Assembly (NCBI GenBank): GCA_964016885.1
Contig: OZ024748.1
Coordinates: forward strand, 36,952,001 to 37,016,000
Direction of reading: 5' to 3'
Length of the DNA: 64,000 bases
Source of the DNA: Eledone cirrhosa
Lineage: Eukaryota
Shown here: in pieces, positions 13,501 through 29,300 of the stretch
Layout: every line of letters starts with the position of its first letter
Numbering within the stretch: position 1 is the first letter of the stretch
The notes under the pieces: generated by a model
What the model saw: only the letters and a program-made list of their open reading frames with translations
Databases searched by the model: none
Told to the model about the DNA's origin: nothing
Translations under genes and position numbers: made by a program

Positions 13501-16500
13501 TCCCACTGTCACTGCCTCTGTCTCTCCCACTCTCTCATATTACACCAGGTCCCAACACAGAGGAACCAAACTCCCACTGTCACTGCCTCTGTCTCTCCCA
13601 CTCTCTCATAATACACCAGGTCCCAACACAGAGGGACCAAACTCCCACTGTCACTGCCTCTCTCTCTCCCACTCTCTCATATTACACCAGGTCCCAACAC
13701 AGAGGAACCAAACTCCTTCTGTCACTGCCTCTGTCTCTCCCACTCTCTCATATTACACCAGGTCCTAACACAGAGGAACCAAACTCCCACTGTCACTGCC
13801 TCTGTCTCTCCCACTCTCTCATATTACACCAGATCCCAACACAGAGGAACCAAACTCCCACTGTCACTGCCTCTCTCTCTCCCACTCTCTCATATTACAC
13901 CAGGTCCCAACACAGAGGAACCAAACTCCCACTGTCACTGCCTCTGTCTCTCCCACTCTCTCATAATACACCAGGTCCCAACACAGAGGGACCAAACTCC
14001 CACTGTCACTGCCTCTCTCTCTCCCACTCTCTCATATTACACCAGGTCCCAACACAGAGGAACCAAACTCCTTCTGTCACTGCCTCTGTCTCTCCCACTC
14101 TCTCATATTACACCACGTCCTAACACAGAGGAACCAAAACCCCACTGTCACTTCATCTCTCTCTCCCACTCTCTCATAATACACCAGGTCCCAACACAGA
14201 GGAACCAAACTCCCACTGTCACTGCCTCTGTCTCTCCCACTCTCTCATAATACACCAGGTCCCAACACAGAGGAACCAAACTCCCACTGTCACTGCCTCT
14301 GTCTCTCCCACTCTCTCATATTACACCAGGTCCCAACACAGAGGAACCGAACTCCCACTGTCACTGTCTCCGTCTCTCACACTCTCTCATACTAAACCAG
14401 GTCCAACACAGAGGAACCAAACTCCCACTGTCACTGCCTCTGTCTCTCCCACACTCTCATATACACCAGGTCTGAACACAGAGGTACGAGACCCCCACTG
14501 TCACTGCCTCTGTCTCTTCCACTCTCTCATTTTACACCAGGTCCTAACACAGAGGAACCAAACTCCCACTGTCACTGCCTCTGTCTCTCCCACTCTCTCA
14601 TATTACACCAGGTCCCAACAGAGAGGAACCAAACTCCCACTGTCACTCCCTCTGTCTCTCCCACTCTCTCATATTACACCAGGTCCCAACACAGAGGAAC
14701 CAAACTCCCACTGTCACTGCCTCTGTCTCTCCCACTCTCTCATGTTACACCAGGTCCCAACACAGAGGAACCAAACTCCACTGTCACTGCCTCTGTCTCT
14801 CCCACTCTCTCATATTAGACCAGGTCCTAACACAGAGGACCCAAACTCCCACTGTCACTGCCTCTGTCTCTCCCACTCTCTCACGTTACACCAGTTCCCA
14901 ACACAGAGGAACCAAACTCCCACTGTCACTGCCTCTGTCTCTCCCACTCTCTCATATTACACCAGGTCCCAACACAGAGGTACCAAACTCCCACTGTCAC
15001 TGCCTCTGTCTCTCCCACTCTCTCATATTACAACAAATCCCAACACAGAGGAACCAAACTCCCACTGTCACTGCCTCTGTCTCTCCCACTCTCTCATATT
15101 AGACTAGGTCCTAACACAGAGGAACCAAACTCCCACTCTCACTGCCTCTGTCTCTCCCACTCTCTCACATTACACCAGTTCCCAACACAGAGGAACCAAA
15201 CTCCCACTGTCACTGCCTCTGTCTCTCCGACACTCTCATATTACACCAGGTCCTAACACAGAGGTACCAAACTCCCACTGTCAGTGCCTCCGTCTCTCCC
15301 ACTCTCTCATACTAAACCGGGTCCAACACAGAGGAACCAAACTCCTACTGTCACTGCCTCTGTCTCTCCCACTCTCTCATATACACCACGTCCGAACACA
15401 GAGGTATGAAACCCCCACTGTCACTGCCTCTGTCTCTCCCACTCTCTCATAATACATCAGGTCCTAACACAGAGGAACCAAACTCCCACTGTCACTGCCT
15501 CTGTCTCTCCCACTCTCTCATATTACACCAGGTCCTAACACAGAGGAACCAAACTCCCACTGTCACTGCCTCTGTCTCTCCCACTCTCTCATATTACACC
15601 AGGTCCTAACACAGAGGAACCAAACTCCCACTGTCACTGCCTCTGTCTCTCCCACTCTCTCATATTACACCAGGTCCCAACACAGAGGAACCAAACTCCC
15701 ACTGTCACTGCCTCTGTCTCTCCCACTCTCTCATTTTACACCAGGTCCCAACACAGAGGAACCAAACTCCCACTGTCACTGCCTCTGTCTCCCCCACTCT
15801 CTCATATTACACCAGGTCCCAACACAGAGGAACCAAACTCCCACTGTCACTATCCTCTGTCTCTCCCACTCTCTCATATTACACCAGGTCCTAACACAGA
15901 GGAACCAAACCCCCACTGTCACTGCCTCTCTCTCTCCCACTCTCTCACATTACACCAGTTCCCAACACAGAGGAACCAAACTCCCACTGTTGCTCACTCT
16001 GTCTCTCCCACTCTCTCATATTACACCAGGTCCTAACACAGAGGAACCAAACTCCCACCGTCACTCCCTCTGTCTCTCCCACTCTCTCATATTACACCAT
16101 GTCCCAACACAGAGGGACCAAACTCGCACTGTCACTGCCTCTCTCTCTCCCACTCTCTCATATTAAACCAGGTCCCAACACAGAGGACCCGAACTCCCAC
16201 TGTCATTGCCTCTGTCTCTCCCACTCGCTCATATTACACCAGGCCCTGACACAGAGGAACCAAACTCCCACTGTGACTGCCTCTGTCTCTCCCACTCTCT
16301 CACATTACACCAGTTCCCAACACAGAGGAACCAAACTCCCACTGTCACTGCCTCTCTCTCTCCCACTCTCTCATATTACACCAGGTCCTAACACAGAAGA
16401 ACCAAACTCCCACTGTCACTGCCTCCGTCTCTCCCACTCTCTCATACTAAACCAGGTCCAACACAGAGGAACCAAACTCCCACTTTCACTGCCTCTCTCT

Positions 16501-16549
16501 CTCTACCACTCTCTCATATTAGACCAGGTCCTAACACAGAGGAACCAAA

Positions 16550-19500
16550 CTCCCACTGTGACTGCCTCTGTCTCTCCCACTCTCTCACATTACACCAGTT
16601 CCCAACACAGAGGAACCAAACTCCCACTGTCACTGCCTCTGTCTCTCCCACACTCTCATATGACACCAGGTCCTAACACAGAGGTACCAAACTCCCACTG
16701 TCACTGCCTCCGTCTCTCCCACTCTCTCATACTAAACCAGGTCCAATACAGAGGAACCAAACTCCCTCTGTCACTGCCTCTGTCTCTCCCACTCTCTCAT
16801 ATTACACCAGGTCCTAACACAGAGGAACCAAACTCCCACTGTCACTGCCTCTGTCTCTCCCACTCTCTCATATTACACCAGATCCCAACACAGAGGAACC
16901 AAACTCCCACTGTCACTGCTTCTGTCTCTCCCACTCTCTCATATTACACCAGGTCCGAACACAGAGGAACCAAACTCCCACTGTCACTGCTTCTGTCTCT
17001 CCCACTCTCTCATATTACACCAGGTCCGAACACAGAGGAACCAAACTCCCACTGTCACTGCCTCTGTCTCCCCCACTCTCTCATATTACACCAGGTCCCA
17101 ACACAGAGGGACCAAACTCCCACTGTCACTGCCTCTCTCTCTCCCACTCTCTCATATTACACCAGGTCCCAACACAGAGGAACCAAACTCCCTCTGTCAC
17201 TGCCTCTGTCTCTCCCACTCTCTCATATTACACCAGGTCCTAACACAGAGGTACCAAACTCCCACTGTCACTGCCTCTGTCTCTCCCACTCTCTCATATT
17301 ACAACAAATCCCAACACAGAGGAACCAAACTCCCACTGTCACTGCCTCTGTCTCGCCCACTCTCTCACATTACACCAGTTCCCAACACAGAGGAACCAAA
17401 CTCCCACTGTCACTGCATCTGTCTCTCCCACTCTCTCATATTACACCAGGTCCTAACACAGAGGAACCAAACCCCCACTGTCACTGCCTCTCTCTCTCCC
17501 ACTCTCTCATATTACACCAGGTCCTAACACAGAGGAACCAAACACCCACTGTCACTGCCTCTCTCTCTCCCACTCTCTCATATTACACCAGGTCCTAACA
17601 CAGAGGAACCAAACTCCCACTGTCACTGCCTCCGTCTCTCACACTCTCTCATACTAAACCAGGTCCAACACAGAGGAACCAAACTCCCACTGTCACTGCC
17701 TCTGTCTCTCCCACTCTCTCATATACACCAGGTCTGAACACAGAGGTACGAGACCCCCACTGTCACTGCCTCTGTCTCTTCCACTCTCTCATTTTACACC
17801 AGGTCCCAACACAGAGGTACCAAACTCCCACTGTCACTGCCTCTGTCTCTCCCACTCTCTCATATTACAACAAATCGCAACACAGAGGAACCAAACTCCC
17901 ACTGTCACTGCCTCTGTCTCTCCCACTCTCTCATATTACACCAGGTCCCAACACAGAGGAACCAAACTCCCACTGTCACTGCCTCTGTCTCTCCCACTCT
18001 CTCATATTACACCAGGTCCCAACACAGAGGAACCAAACTCCCACTGTCACTGCCTCTGTCTCTCCCACTCTCTCATGTTACACCAGGTCCCAACACAGAG
18101 GAACCAAACTCCACTGTCACTGCCTCTGTCTCTCCCACTCTCTCATATTAGACCAGGTCCTAACACAGAGGAACCAAACTCCCACTGTCACTGCCTCTGT
18201 CTCTCCCACTCTCTCACATTACACCAGTTCCCAACACAGAGGAACCAAACTCCCACTGTCACTGCCTCTGTCTCTTCCACTCTTTCATATTACACCAGGT
18301 CCCAACACAGAGGTACCAAACTCCCACTGTCACTGCCTCTGTCTCTCCCACTCTCTCATATTACAACAAATCCCAACACAGAGGAACCAAACTCCCACTG
18401 TCACTGCCTCTGTCTCTCCCACTCTCTCATATTAGACTAGGTCCTAACACAGAGGAACCAAACTCCCACTCTCACTGCCTCTGTCTCTCCCACTCTCTCA
18501 TATACACCACGTCCGAACACAGAGGTATGAAACCCCCACTGTCACTGCCTCTGTCTCTCCCACTCTCTCATATTACACCAGGTCCTAACACAGAGGAACC
18601 AAACTCCCACTGTCACTGCCTCTGTCTCTCCCACTCTCTCATATTACACCAGGTCCTAACACAGAGGAACCAAACTCCCACTGTCACTGCCTCTGTCTCT
18701 CCCACTCTCTCATATTACATCAGGTCCTAACACAGAGGAACCAAACTCCCACTGTCACCGCCTCTGTCTCTCCCACTCTCTCATATTACACCAGGTCCCA
18801 ACACAGAGGAACCAAACTCCCATTGTCACTGCCTCTGTCTCTCCCACTCTCTCATATTACACCACGTCCTAACACAGAGGAACCAAAACCCCACTGTCAC
18901 TGCATCTCTCTCTCCCACTCTCTCATATTACACCAGGTCCTAACACAGAGGAACCGAACTCCCACTGTCACTGCCTCCGTCTCTCACACTCTCTCATACT
19001 AAACCAGGTCCAACACAGAGGAACCAAACTCCCACTGTCACTGCCTCTGTCTCTCCCACTCTCTCATATACACCAGGTCTGAACACAGAGGTACGAGACC
19101 CCCACTGTCACTGCCTCTGTCTCTTCCACTCTCTCATTTTACACCTGGTCCTAACGCAGAGGAACCAAACTCCCACTGTCACTGCCTCTGTCTCTCCCAC
19201 TCTCTCATATTACACCAGGTCCCAACAGAGAGGAACCAAACTCCCACTGTCACTCCCTCTGTCTCTCCCACTCTCTCATATTACACCAGGTCCCAACACA
19301 GAGGAACCAAACTCCCACTGTCACTGCCTCTGTCTCTCCCACTCTCTCATGTTACACCAGGTCCCAACACAGAGGAACCAAACTCCACTGTCACTGCCTC
19401 TGTCTCTCCCACTCTCTCATATTAGACCAGGTCCTAACACAGAGGACCCAAACTCCCACTGTCACTGCCTCTGTCTCTCCCACGCTCTCACATTACACCA

Positions 19501-22500
19501 GTTCCCAACACAGAGGAACCAAACTCCCACTGTCACTGCCTCTGTCTCTCCCACTCTCTCATATTACACCAGGTCCCAACACAGAGGTACCAAACTCCCA
19601 CTGTCACTGCCTCTGTCTCTCCCACTCTCTCATATTACAACAAATCCCAACACAGAGGAACCAAACTCCCACTGTCACTGCCTCTGTCTCTCCCACTCTC
19701 TCATATTAGACTAGGTCCTAACACAGAGGAACCAAACTCCCACTCTCACTGCCTCTGTCTCTCCCACTCTCTCACATTACACCAGTTCCCAACACAGAGG
19801 AACCAAACTCCCACTGTCACTGCCTCTGTCTCTCCGACACTCTCATATTACACCAGGTCCTAACACAGAGGTACCAAACTCCCACTGTCAGTGCCTCCGT
19901 CTCTCCCACTCTCTCATACTAAACCGGGTCCAACACAGAGGAACCAAACTCCTACTGTCACTGCCTCTGTCTCTCCCACTCTCTCATATACACCACGTCC
20001 GAACACAGAGGTATGAAACCCCCACTGTCACTGCCTCTGTCTCTCCCACTCTCTCATATTACACCAGGTCCTAACACAGAGGAACCAAACTCCCACTGTC
20101 ACTGCCTCTGTCTCTCCCACTCTCTCATATTACACCAGGTCCTAACACAGAGGAACCAAACTCCCACTGTCACTGCCTCTGTCTCTCCCACTCTCTCATA
20201 TTACACCAGGTCCTAACACAGAGGAACCAAACTCCCACTGTCACTGCCTCTGTCTCTCCCACTCTCTCATATTACACCAGGTCCCAACACAGAGGAACCA
20301 AACTCCCACTGTCACTGCCTCTGTCTCTCCCACTCTCTCATATTACACCAGGTCCCAACACAGAGGAACCAAACTACCACTGTCACTGCCTCTGTCTCCC
20401 CCACTCTCTCATATTACACCAGGTCCCAACACAGAGGAACCAAACTCCCACTGTCACTATCCTCTGTCTCTCCCACTCTCTCATATTACACCAGGTCCTA
20501 ACACAGAGGAACCAAACCCCCACTGTCACTGCCTCTCTCTCTCCCACTCTCTCACATTACACCAGTTCCCAACACAGAGGGACCAAACTCGCACTGTCAC
20601 TGCCTCTCTCTCTCCCACTCTCTCATATTAAACCAGGTCCCAACACAGAGGACCCGAACTCCCACTGTCATTGCCTCTGTCTCTCCCACTCGCTCATATT
20701 ACACCAGGCCCTAACACAGAGGAACCAAACTCCCACTGTGACTGCCTCTGTCTCTCCCACTCTCTCACATTACACCAGTTCCCAACACAGAGGAACCAAA
20801 CTCCCACTGTCACTGCCTCTCTCTCTCCCACTCTCTCATATTACACCAGGTCCTAACACAGAGGAACCAAACTCCCACTGTCACTGCCTCCGTCTCTCCC
20901 ACTCTCTCATACTAAACCAGGTCCAACACAGAGGAACCAAACTCCCACTTTCACTGCCTCTCTCTCTCTACCACTCTCTCATATTAGACCAGGTCCTAAC
21001 ACAGAGGAACCAAACTCCCTCTGTCACTGCCTCTGTCTCTCCCACTCTCTCATATTACACCAGGTCCTAACACAGAGGAACCAAACTCCCACTGTCACTG
21101 CCTCTGTCTCTCCCACTCTCTCATATTACACCAAATCCCAACACAGAGGAACCAAACTCCCACTGTAACTGCCTCTGTCTCTCCCACTCTCTCATATTAC
21201 ACCAGGTCCTAACACAGAGGAACCAAACCCCCACTGTCACTGCCACTCTCTCTCCCACTCTCTCATATTACACCAGGTCCTAACACAGAGGAACCAAACA
21301 CCCACTGTCACTGCCTCTCTCTCTCCCACTCGCTCATATTACACCAGGTCCTAACACAGAGGAACCGAACTCCCACTGTCACTGCCTCCGTCTCTCACAC
21401 TCTCTCATACTAAACCAGGTTCAACACAGAGGAACCAAACTCCCACTGTCACTGCTTCTGTCTCTCCCACTCTCTCATATACACCAGGTCTGAACACAGA
21501 GGTACGAGACCCCCACTGTCACTGCCTCTGTCTCTTCCACTCTCTCATATTACACCAGGTCCTAACACAGAGGAACCAAACTCCCACTGTCACTGCTTCT
21601 GTCTCTCCCACTCTCTCATATTACACCAGGTCCGAACACAGAGGAACCAAACTCCCACTGTCACTGCCTCTGTCTCTCCCACTCTCTCATATTACAACAA
21701 ATCCCAACACAGAGGAACCAAACTCCCACTGTGACTGCCTCTGTCTCTCCCACTCTCTCACATTACACCAGTTCCCAACACAGAGGAACCAAACTCCCAC
21801 TGTCACTGCCTCTGTCTCTCCCACACTCTCATATGACACCAGGTCCTAACACAGAGGTACCAAACTCCCACTGTCACTGCCTCCGTCTCTCCCACTCTCT
21901 CATACTAAACCAGGTCCAATACAGAGGAACCAAACTCCCTCTGTCACTGCCTCTGTCTCTCCCACTCTCTCATATTACACCAGGTCCTAACACAGAGGAA
22001 TCAAACTCCCACTGTCACTGCCTCTGTCTCTCCCACTCTCTCATATTACACCAGATCCCAACACAGAGGAACCAAACTCCCACTGTCACTGCTTCTGTCT
22101 CTCCCACTCTCTCATATTACACCAGGTCCGAACACAGAGGAACCAAACTCCCACTGTCACTGCTTCTGTCTCTCCCACTCTCTCATATTACACCAGGTCC
22201 GAACACAGAGGAACCAAACTCCCACTGTCACTGCCTCTGTCTCCCCCACTCTCTCATATTACACCAGGTCCCAACACAGAGGGACCAAACTCCCACTGTC
22301 ACTGCCTCTCTCTCTCCCACTCTCTCATATTACACCAGGTCCCAACACAGAGGAACCAAACTCCCTCTGTCACTGCCTCTGTCTCTCCCACTCTCTCATA
22401 TTACACCAGGTCCTAACACAGAGGTACCAAACTCCCACTGTCACTGCCTCTGTCTCTCCCACTCTCTCATATTACAACAAATCCCAACACAGAGGAACCA

Positions 22501-25500
22501 AACTCCCACTGTCACTGCCTCTGTCTCGCCCACTCTCTCACATTACACCAGTTCCCAACACAGAGGAACCAAACTCCCACTGTCACTGCATCTGTCTCTC
22601 CCACTCTCTCATATTACACCAGGTCCTAACACAGAGGAACCAAACCCCCACTGTCACTGCCTCTCTCTCTCCCACTCTCTCATATTACACCAGGTCCTAA
22701 CACAGAGGAACCAAACACCCACTGTCACTGCCTCTCTCTCTCCCACTCTCTCATATTACACCAGGTCCTAACACAGAGGAACCAAACTCCCACTGTCACT
22801 GCCTCCGTCTCTCACACTCTCTCATACTAAACCAGGTCCAACACAGAGGAACCAAACTCCCACTGTCACTGCCTCTGTCTCTCCCACTCTCTCATATACA
22901 CCAGGTCTGAACACAGAGGTACGAGACCCCCACTGTCACTGCCTCTGTCTCTTCCACTCTCTCATTTTACACCAGGTCCCAACACAGAGGTACCAAACTC
23001 CCACTGTCACTGCCTCTGTCTCTCCCACTCTCTCATATTACAACAAATCGCAACACAGAGGAACCAAACTCCCACTGTCACTGCCTCTGTCTCTCCCACT
23101 CTCTCATATTACACCAGGTCCCAACACAGAGGAACCAAACTCCCACTGTCACTGCCTCTGTCTCTCCCACTCTCTCATATTACACCAGGTCCCAACACAG
23201 AGGAACCAAACTCCCACTGTCACTGCCTCTGTCTCTCCCACTCTCTCATGTTACACCAGGTCCCAACACAGAGGAACCAAACTCCACTGTCACTGCCTCT
23301 GTCTCTCCCACTCTCTCATATTAGACCAGGTCCTAACACAGAGGAACCAAACTCCCACTGTCACTGCCTCTGTCTCTCCCACTCTCTCACATTACACCAG
23401 TTCCCAACACAGAGGAACCAAACTCCCACTGTCACTGCCTCTGTCTCTTCCACTCTTTCATATTACACCAGGTCCCAACACAGAGGTACCAAACTCCCAC
23501 TGTCACTGCCTCTGTCTCTCCCACTCTCTCATATTACAACAAATCCCAACACAGAGGAACCAAACTCCCACTGTCACTGCCTCTGTCTCTCCCACTCTCT
23601 CATATTAGACTAGGTCCTAACACAGAGGAACCAAACTCCCACTCTCACTGCCTCTGTCTCTCCCACTCTCTCATATACACCACGTCCGAACACAGAGGTA
23701 TGAAACCCCCACTGTCACTGCCTCTGTCTCTCCCACTCTCTCATATTACACCAGGTCCTAACACAGAGGAACCAAACTCCCACTGTCACTGCCTCTGTCT
23801 CTCCCACTCTCTCATATTACACCAGGTCCTAACACAGAGGAACCAAACTCCCACTGTCACTGCCTCTGTCTCTCCCACTCTCTCATATTACATCAGGTCC
23901 TAACACAGAGGAACCAAACTCCCACTGTCACCGCCTCTGTCTCTCCCACTCTCTCATATTACACCAGGTCCCAACACAGAGGAACCAAACTCCCATTGTC
24001 ACTGCCTCTGTCTCTCCCACTCTCTCATATTACACCACGTCCTAACACAGAGGAACCAAAACCCCACTGTCACTGCATCTCTCTCTCCCACTCTCTCATA
24101 TTACACCAGGTCCTAACACAGAGGAACCGAACTCCCACTGTCACTGCCTCCGTCTCTCACACTCTCTCATACTAAACCAGGTCCAACACAGAGGAACCAA
24201 ACTCCCACTGTCACTGCCTCTGTCTCTCCCACTCTCTCATATACACCAGGTCTGAACACAGAGGTACGAGACCCCCACTGTCACTGCCTCTGTCTCTTCC
24301 ACTCTCTCATTTTACACCTGGTCCTAACACAGAGGAACCAAACTCCCACTGTCACTGCCTCTGTCTCTCCCACTCTCTCATATTACACCAGGTCCCAACA
24401 GAGAGGAACCAAACTCCCACTGTCACTCCCTCTGTCTCTCCCACTCTCTCATATTACACCAGGTCCCAACACAGAGGAACCAAACTCCCACTGTCACTGC
24501 CTCTGTCTCTCCCACTCTCTCATGTTACACCAGGTCCCAACACAGAGGAACCAAACTCCACTGTCACTGCCTCTGTCTCTCCCACTCTCTCATATTAGAC
24601 CAGGTCCTAACACAGAGGACCCAAACTCCCACTGTCACTGCCTCTGTCTCTCCCACGCTCTCACATTACACCAGTTCCCAACACAGAGGAACCAAACTCC
24701 CACTGTCACTGCCTCTGTCTCTCCCACTCTCTCATATTACACCAGGTCCCAACACAGAGGTACCAAACTCCCACTGTCACTGCCTCTGTCTCTCCCACTC
24801 TCTCATGTTACAACAAATCCCAACACAGAGGAACCAAACTCCCACTGTCACTGCCTCTGTCTCTCCCACTCTCTCATATTAGACTAGGTCCTAACACAGA
24901 GGAACCAAACTCCCACTCTCACTGCCTCTGTCTCTCCCACTCTCTCACATTACACCAGTTCTCAACACAGAGGAACCAAACTCCCACTGTCACTGCCTCT
25001 GTCTCTCCGACACTCTCATATTACACCAGGTCCTAACACAGAGGTACCAAACTCCCACTGTCAGTGCCTCCGTCTCTCCCACTCTCTCATACTAAACCGG
25101 GTCCAACACAGAGGAACCAAACTCCTACTGTCACTGCCTCTGTCTCTCCCACTCTCTCATATACACCACGTCCGAACACAGAGGTATGAAACCCCCACTG
25201 TCACTGCCTCTGTCTCTCCCACTCTCTCATATTACACCAGGTCCTAACACAGAGGAACCAAACTCCCACTGTCACTGCCTCTGTCTCTCCCACTCTCTCA
25301 TATTACACCAGGTCCTAACACAGAGGAACCAAACTCCCACTGTCACTGCCTCTGTCTCTCCCACTCTCTCATATTACACCAGGTCCTAACACAGAGGAAC
25401 CAAACTCCCACTGTCACTGCCTCTGTCTCTCCCACTCTCTCATATTACACCAGGTCCCAACACAGAGGAACCAAACTCCCACTGTCACTGCCTCTGTCTC

Positions 25501-25520
25501 TCCCACTCTCTCATATTACA
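16550..25520 (+). repeat. 5173-bp offset duplication (~73 monomers), domain B: ~16550-20350 recurs at ~21720-25520
   Basis: ORF offsets 18075/23248, 18527/23700, 19349/24522 and 20013/25186, and ORF ends 17598/22771, are all +5173. Confidence 0.9.
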
Positions 25521-28500
25521 CCAGGTCCCAACACAGAGGAACCAAACTCCCACTGTCACTGCCTCTGTCTCTCCCACTCTCTCATATTACACCAGGTCCC
25601 AACACAGAGGAACCAAACTCCCACTGTCACTGCCTCTGTCTCTCCCACTCTCTCATGTTACACCAGGTCCCAACACAGAGGAACCAAACTCCACTGTCAC
25701 TGCCTCTGTCTCTCCCACTCTCTCATATTAGACCAGGTCCTAACACAGAGGAACCAAACTCCCACTGTCACTGCCTCTGTCTCTCCCACTCTCTCACATT
25801 ACACCAGTTCCCAACACAGAGGAACCAAACTCCCACTGTCACTGCCTCTGTCTCTTCCACTCTTTCATATTACACCAGGTCCCAACACAGAGGTACCAAA
25901 CTCCCACTGTCACTGCCTCTGTCTCTCCCACTCTCTCATATTACAACAAATCCCAACACAGAGGAACCAAACTCCCACTGTCACTGCCTCTGTCTCTCCC
26001 ACTCTCTCATATTAGACTAGGTCCTAACACAGAGGAACCAAACTCCCACTCTCACTGCCTCTGTCTCTCCCACTCTCTCATATACACCACGTCCGAACAC
26101 AGAGGTATGAAACCCCCACTGTCACTGCCTCTGTCTCTCCCACTCTCTCATATTACACCAGGTCCTAACACAGAGGAACCAAACTCCCACTGTCACTGCC
26201 TCTGTCTCTCCCACTCTCTCATATTACACCAGGTCCTAACACAGAGGAACCAAACTCCCACTGTCACTGCCTCTGTCTCTCCCACTCTCTCATATTACAT
26301 CAGGTCCTAACACAGAGGAACCAAACTCCCACTGTCACCGCCTCTGTCTCTCCCACTCTCTCATATTACACCAGGTCCCAACACAGAGGAACCAAACTCC
26401 CATTGTCACTGCCTCTGTCTCTCCCACTCTCTCATATTACACCACGTCCTAACACAGAGGAACCAAAACCCCACTGTCACTGCATCTCTCTCTCCCACTC
26501 TCTCATATTACACCAGGTCCTAACACAGAGGAACCGAACTCCCACTGTCACTGCCTCCGTCTCTCACACTCTCTCATACTAAACCAGGTCCAACACAGAG
26601 GAACCAAACTCCCACTGTCACTGCCTCTGTCTCTCCCACTCTCTCATATACACCAGGTCTGAACACAGAGGTACGAGACCCCCACTGTCACTGCCTCTGT
26701 CTCTTCCACTCTCTCATTTTACACCTGGTCCTAACACAGAGGAACCAAACTCCCACTGTCACTGCCTCTGTCTCTCCCACTCTCTCATATTACACCAGGT
26801 CCCAACAGAGAGGAACCAAACTCCCACTGTCACTCCCTCTGTCTCTCCCACTCTCTCATATTACACCAGGTCCCAACACAGAGGAACCAAACTCCCACTG
26901 TCACTGCCTCTGTCTCTCCCACTCTCTCATGTTACACCAGGTCCCAACACAGAGGAACCAAACTCCACTGTCACTGCCTCTGTCTCTCCCACTCTCTCAT
27001 ATTAGACCAGGTCCTAACACAGAGGACCCAAACTCCCACTGTCACTGCCTCTGTCTCTCCCACGCTCTCACATTACACCAGTTCCCAACACAGAGGAACC
27101 AAACTCCCACTGTCACTGCCTCTGTCTCTCCCACTCTCTCATATTACACCAGGTCCCAACACAGAGGTACCAAACTCCCACTGTCACTGCCTCTGTCTCT
27201 CCCACTCTCTCATATTACAACAAATCCCAACACAGAGGAACCAAACTCCCACTGTCACTGCCTCTGTCTCTCCCACTCTCTCATATTAGACTAGGTCCTA
27301 ACACAGAGGAACCAAACTCCCACTCTCACTGCCTCTGTCTCTCCCACTCTCTCACATTACACCAGTTCTCAACACAGAGGAACCAAACTCCCACTGTCAC
27401 TGCCTCTGTCTCTCCGACACTCTCATATTACACCAGGTCCTAACACAGAGGTACCAAACTCCCACTGTCAGTGCCTCCGTCTCTCCCACTCTCTCATACT
27501 AAACCGGGTCCAACACAGAGGAACCAAACTCCTACTGTCACTGCCTCTGTCTCTCCCACTCTCTCATATACACCACGTCCGAACACAGAGGTATGAAACC
27601 CCCACTGTCACTGCCTCTGTCTCTCCCACTCTCTCATATTACACCAGGTCCTAACACAGAGGAACCAAACTCCCACTGTCACTGCCTCTGTCTCTCCCAC
27701 TCTCTCATATTACACCAGGTCCTAACACAGAGGAACCAAACTCCCACTGTCACTGCCTCTGTCTCTCCCACTCTCTCATATTACACCAGGTCCTAACACA
27801 GAGGAACCAAACTCCCACTGTCACTGCCTCTGTCTCTCCCACTCTCTCATATTACACCAGGTCCCAACACAGAGGAACCAAACTCCCACTGTCACTGCCT
27901 CTGTCTCTCCCACTCTCTCATATTACACCAGGTCCCAACACAGAGGAACCAAACTACCACTGTCACTGCCTCTGTCTCCCCCACTCTCTCATATTACACC
28001 AGGTCCCAACACAGAGGAACCAAACTCCCACTGTCACTATCCTCTGTCTCTCCCACTCTCTCATATTACACCAGGTCCTAACACAGAGGAACCAAACCCC
28101 CACTGTCACTGCCTCTCTCTCTCCCACTCTCTCACATTACACCAGTTCCCAACACAGAGGGACCAAACTCGCACTGTCACTGCCTCTCTCTCTCCCACTC
28201 TCTCATATTAAACCAGGTCCCAACACAGAGGACCCGAACTCCCACTGTCATTGCCTCTGTCTCTCCCACTCGCTCATATTACACCAGGCCCTAACACAGA
28301 GGAACCAAACTCCCACTGTGACTGCCTCTGTCTCTCCCACTCTCTCACATTACACCAGTTCCCAACACAGAGGAACCAAACTCCCACTGTCACTGCCTCT
28401 CTCTCTCCCACTCTCTCATATTACACCAGGTCCTAACACAGAGGAACCAAACTCCCACTGTCACTGCCTCCGTCTCTCCCACTCTCTCATACTAAACCAG

Positions 28501-29300
28501 GTCCAACACAGAGGAACCAAACTCCCACTTTCACTGCCTCTCTCTCTCTACCACTCTCTCATATTAGACCAGGTCCTAACACAGAGGAACCAAACTCCCT
28601 CTGTCACTGCCTCTGTCTCTCCCACTCTCTCATATTACACCAGGTCCTAACACAGAGGAACCAAACTCCCACTGTCACTGCCTCTGTCTCTCCCACTCTC
28701 TCATATTACACCAAATCCCAACACAGAGGAACCAAACTCCCACTGTAACTGCCTCTGTCTCTCCCACTCTCTCATATTACACCAGGTCCTAACACAGAGG
28801 AACCAAACCCCCACTGTCACTGCCACTCTCTCTCCCACTCTCTCATATTACACCAGGTCCTAACACAGAGGAACCAAACACCCACTGTCACTGCCTCTCT
28901 CTCTCCCACTCGCTCATATTACACCAGGTCCTAACACAGAGGAACCGAACTCCCACTGTCACTGCCTCCGTCTCTCACACTCTCTCATACTAAACCAGGT
29001 TCAACACAGAGGAACCAAACTCCCACTGTCACTGCTTCTGTCTCTCCCACTCTCTCATATACACCAGGTCTGAACACAGAGGTACGAGACCCCCACTGTC
29101 ACTGCCTCTGTCTCTTCCACTCTCTCATATTACACCAGGTCCTAACACAGAGGAACCAAACTCCCACTGTCACTGCTTCTGTCTCTCCCACTCTCTCATA
29201 TTACACCAGGTCCGAACACAGAGGAACCAAACTCCCACTGTCACTGCCTCTGTCTCTCCCACTCTCTCATATTACAACAAATCCCAACACAGAGGAACCA
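17900..29300 (+). repeat. 7580-bp offset copy (~107 monomers = 5173 + 2407): ~17900-21720 recurs at ~25480-29300; includes a 2407-bp tandem duplication at ~23100-27900
   Basis: ORF offsets 18075/25655, 19349/26929, 20013/27593, 20671/28251 and 20738/28318 are +7580. Offsets 23248/25655, 24522/26929 and 25186/27593 are +2407. Confidence 0.88.
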
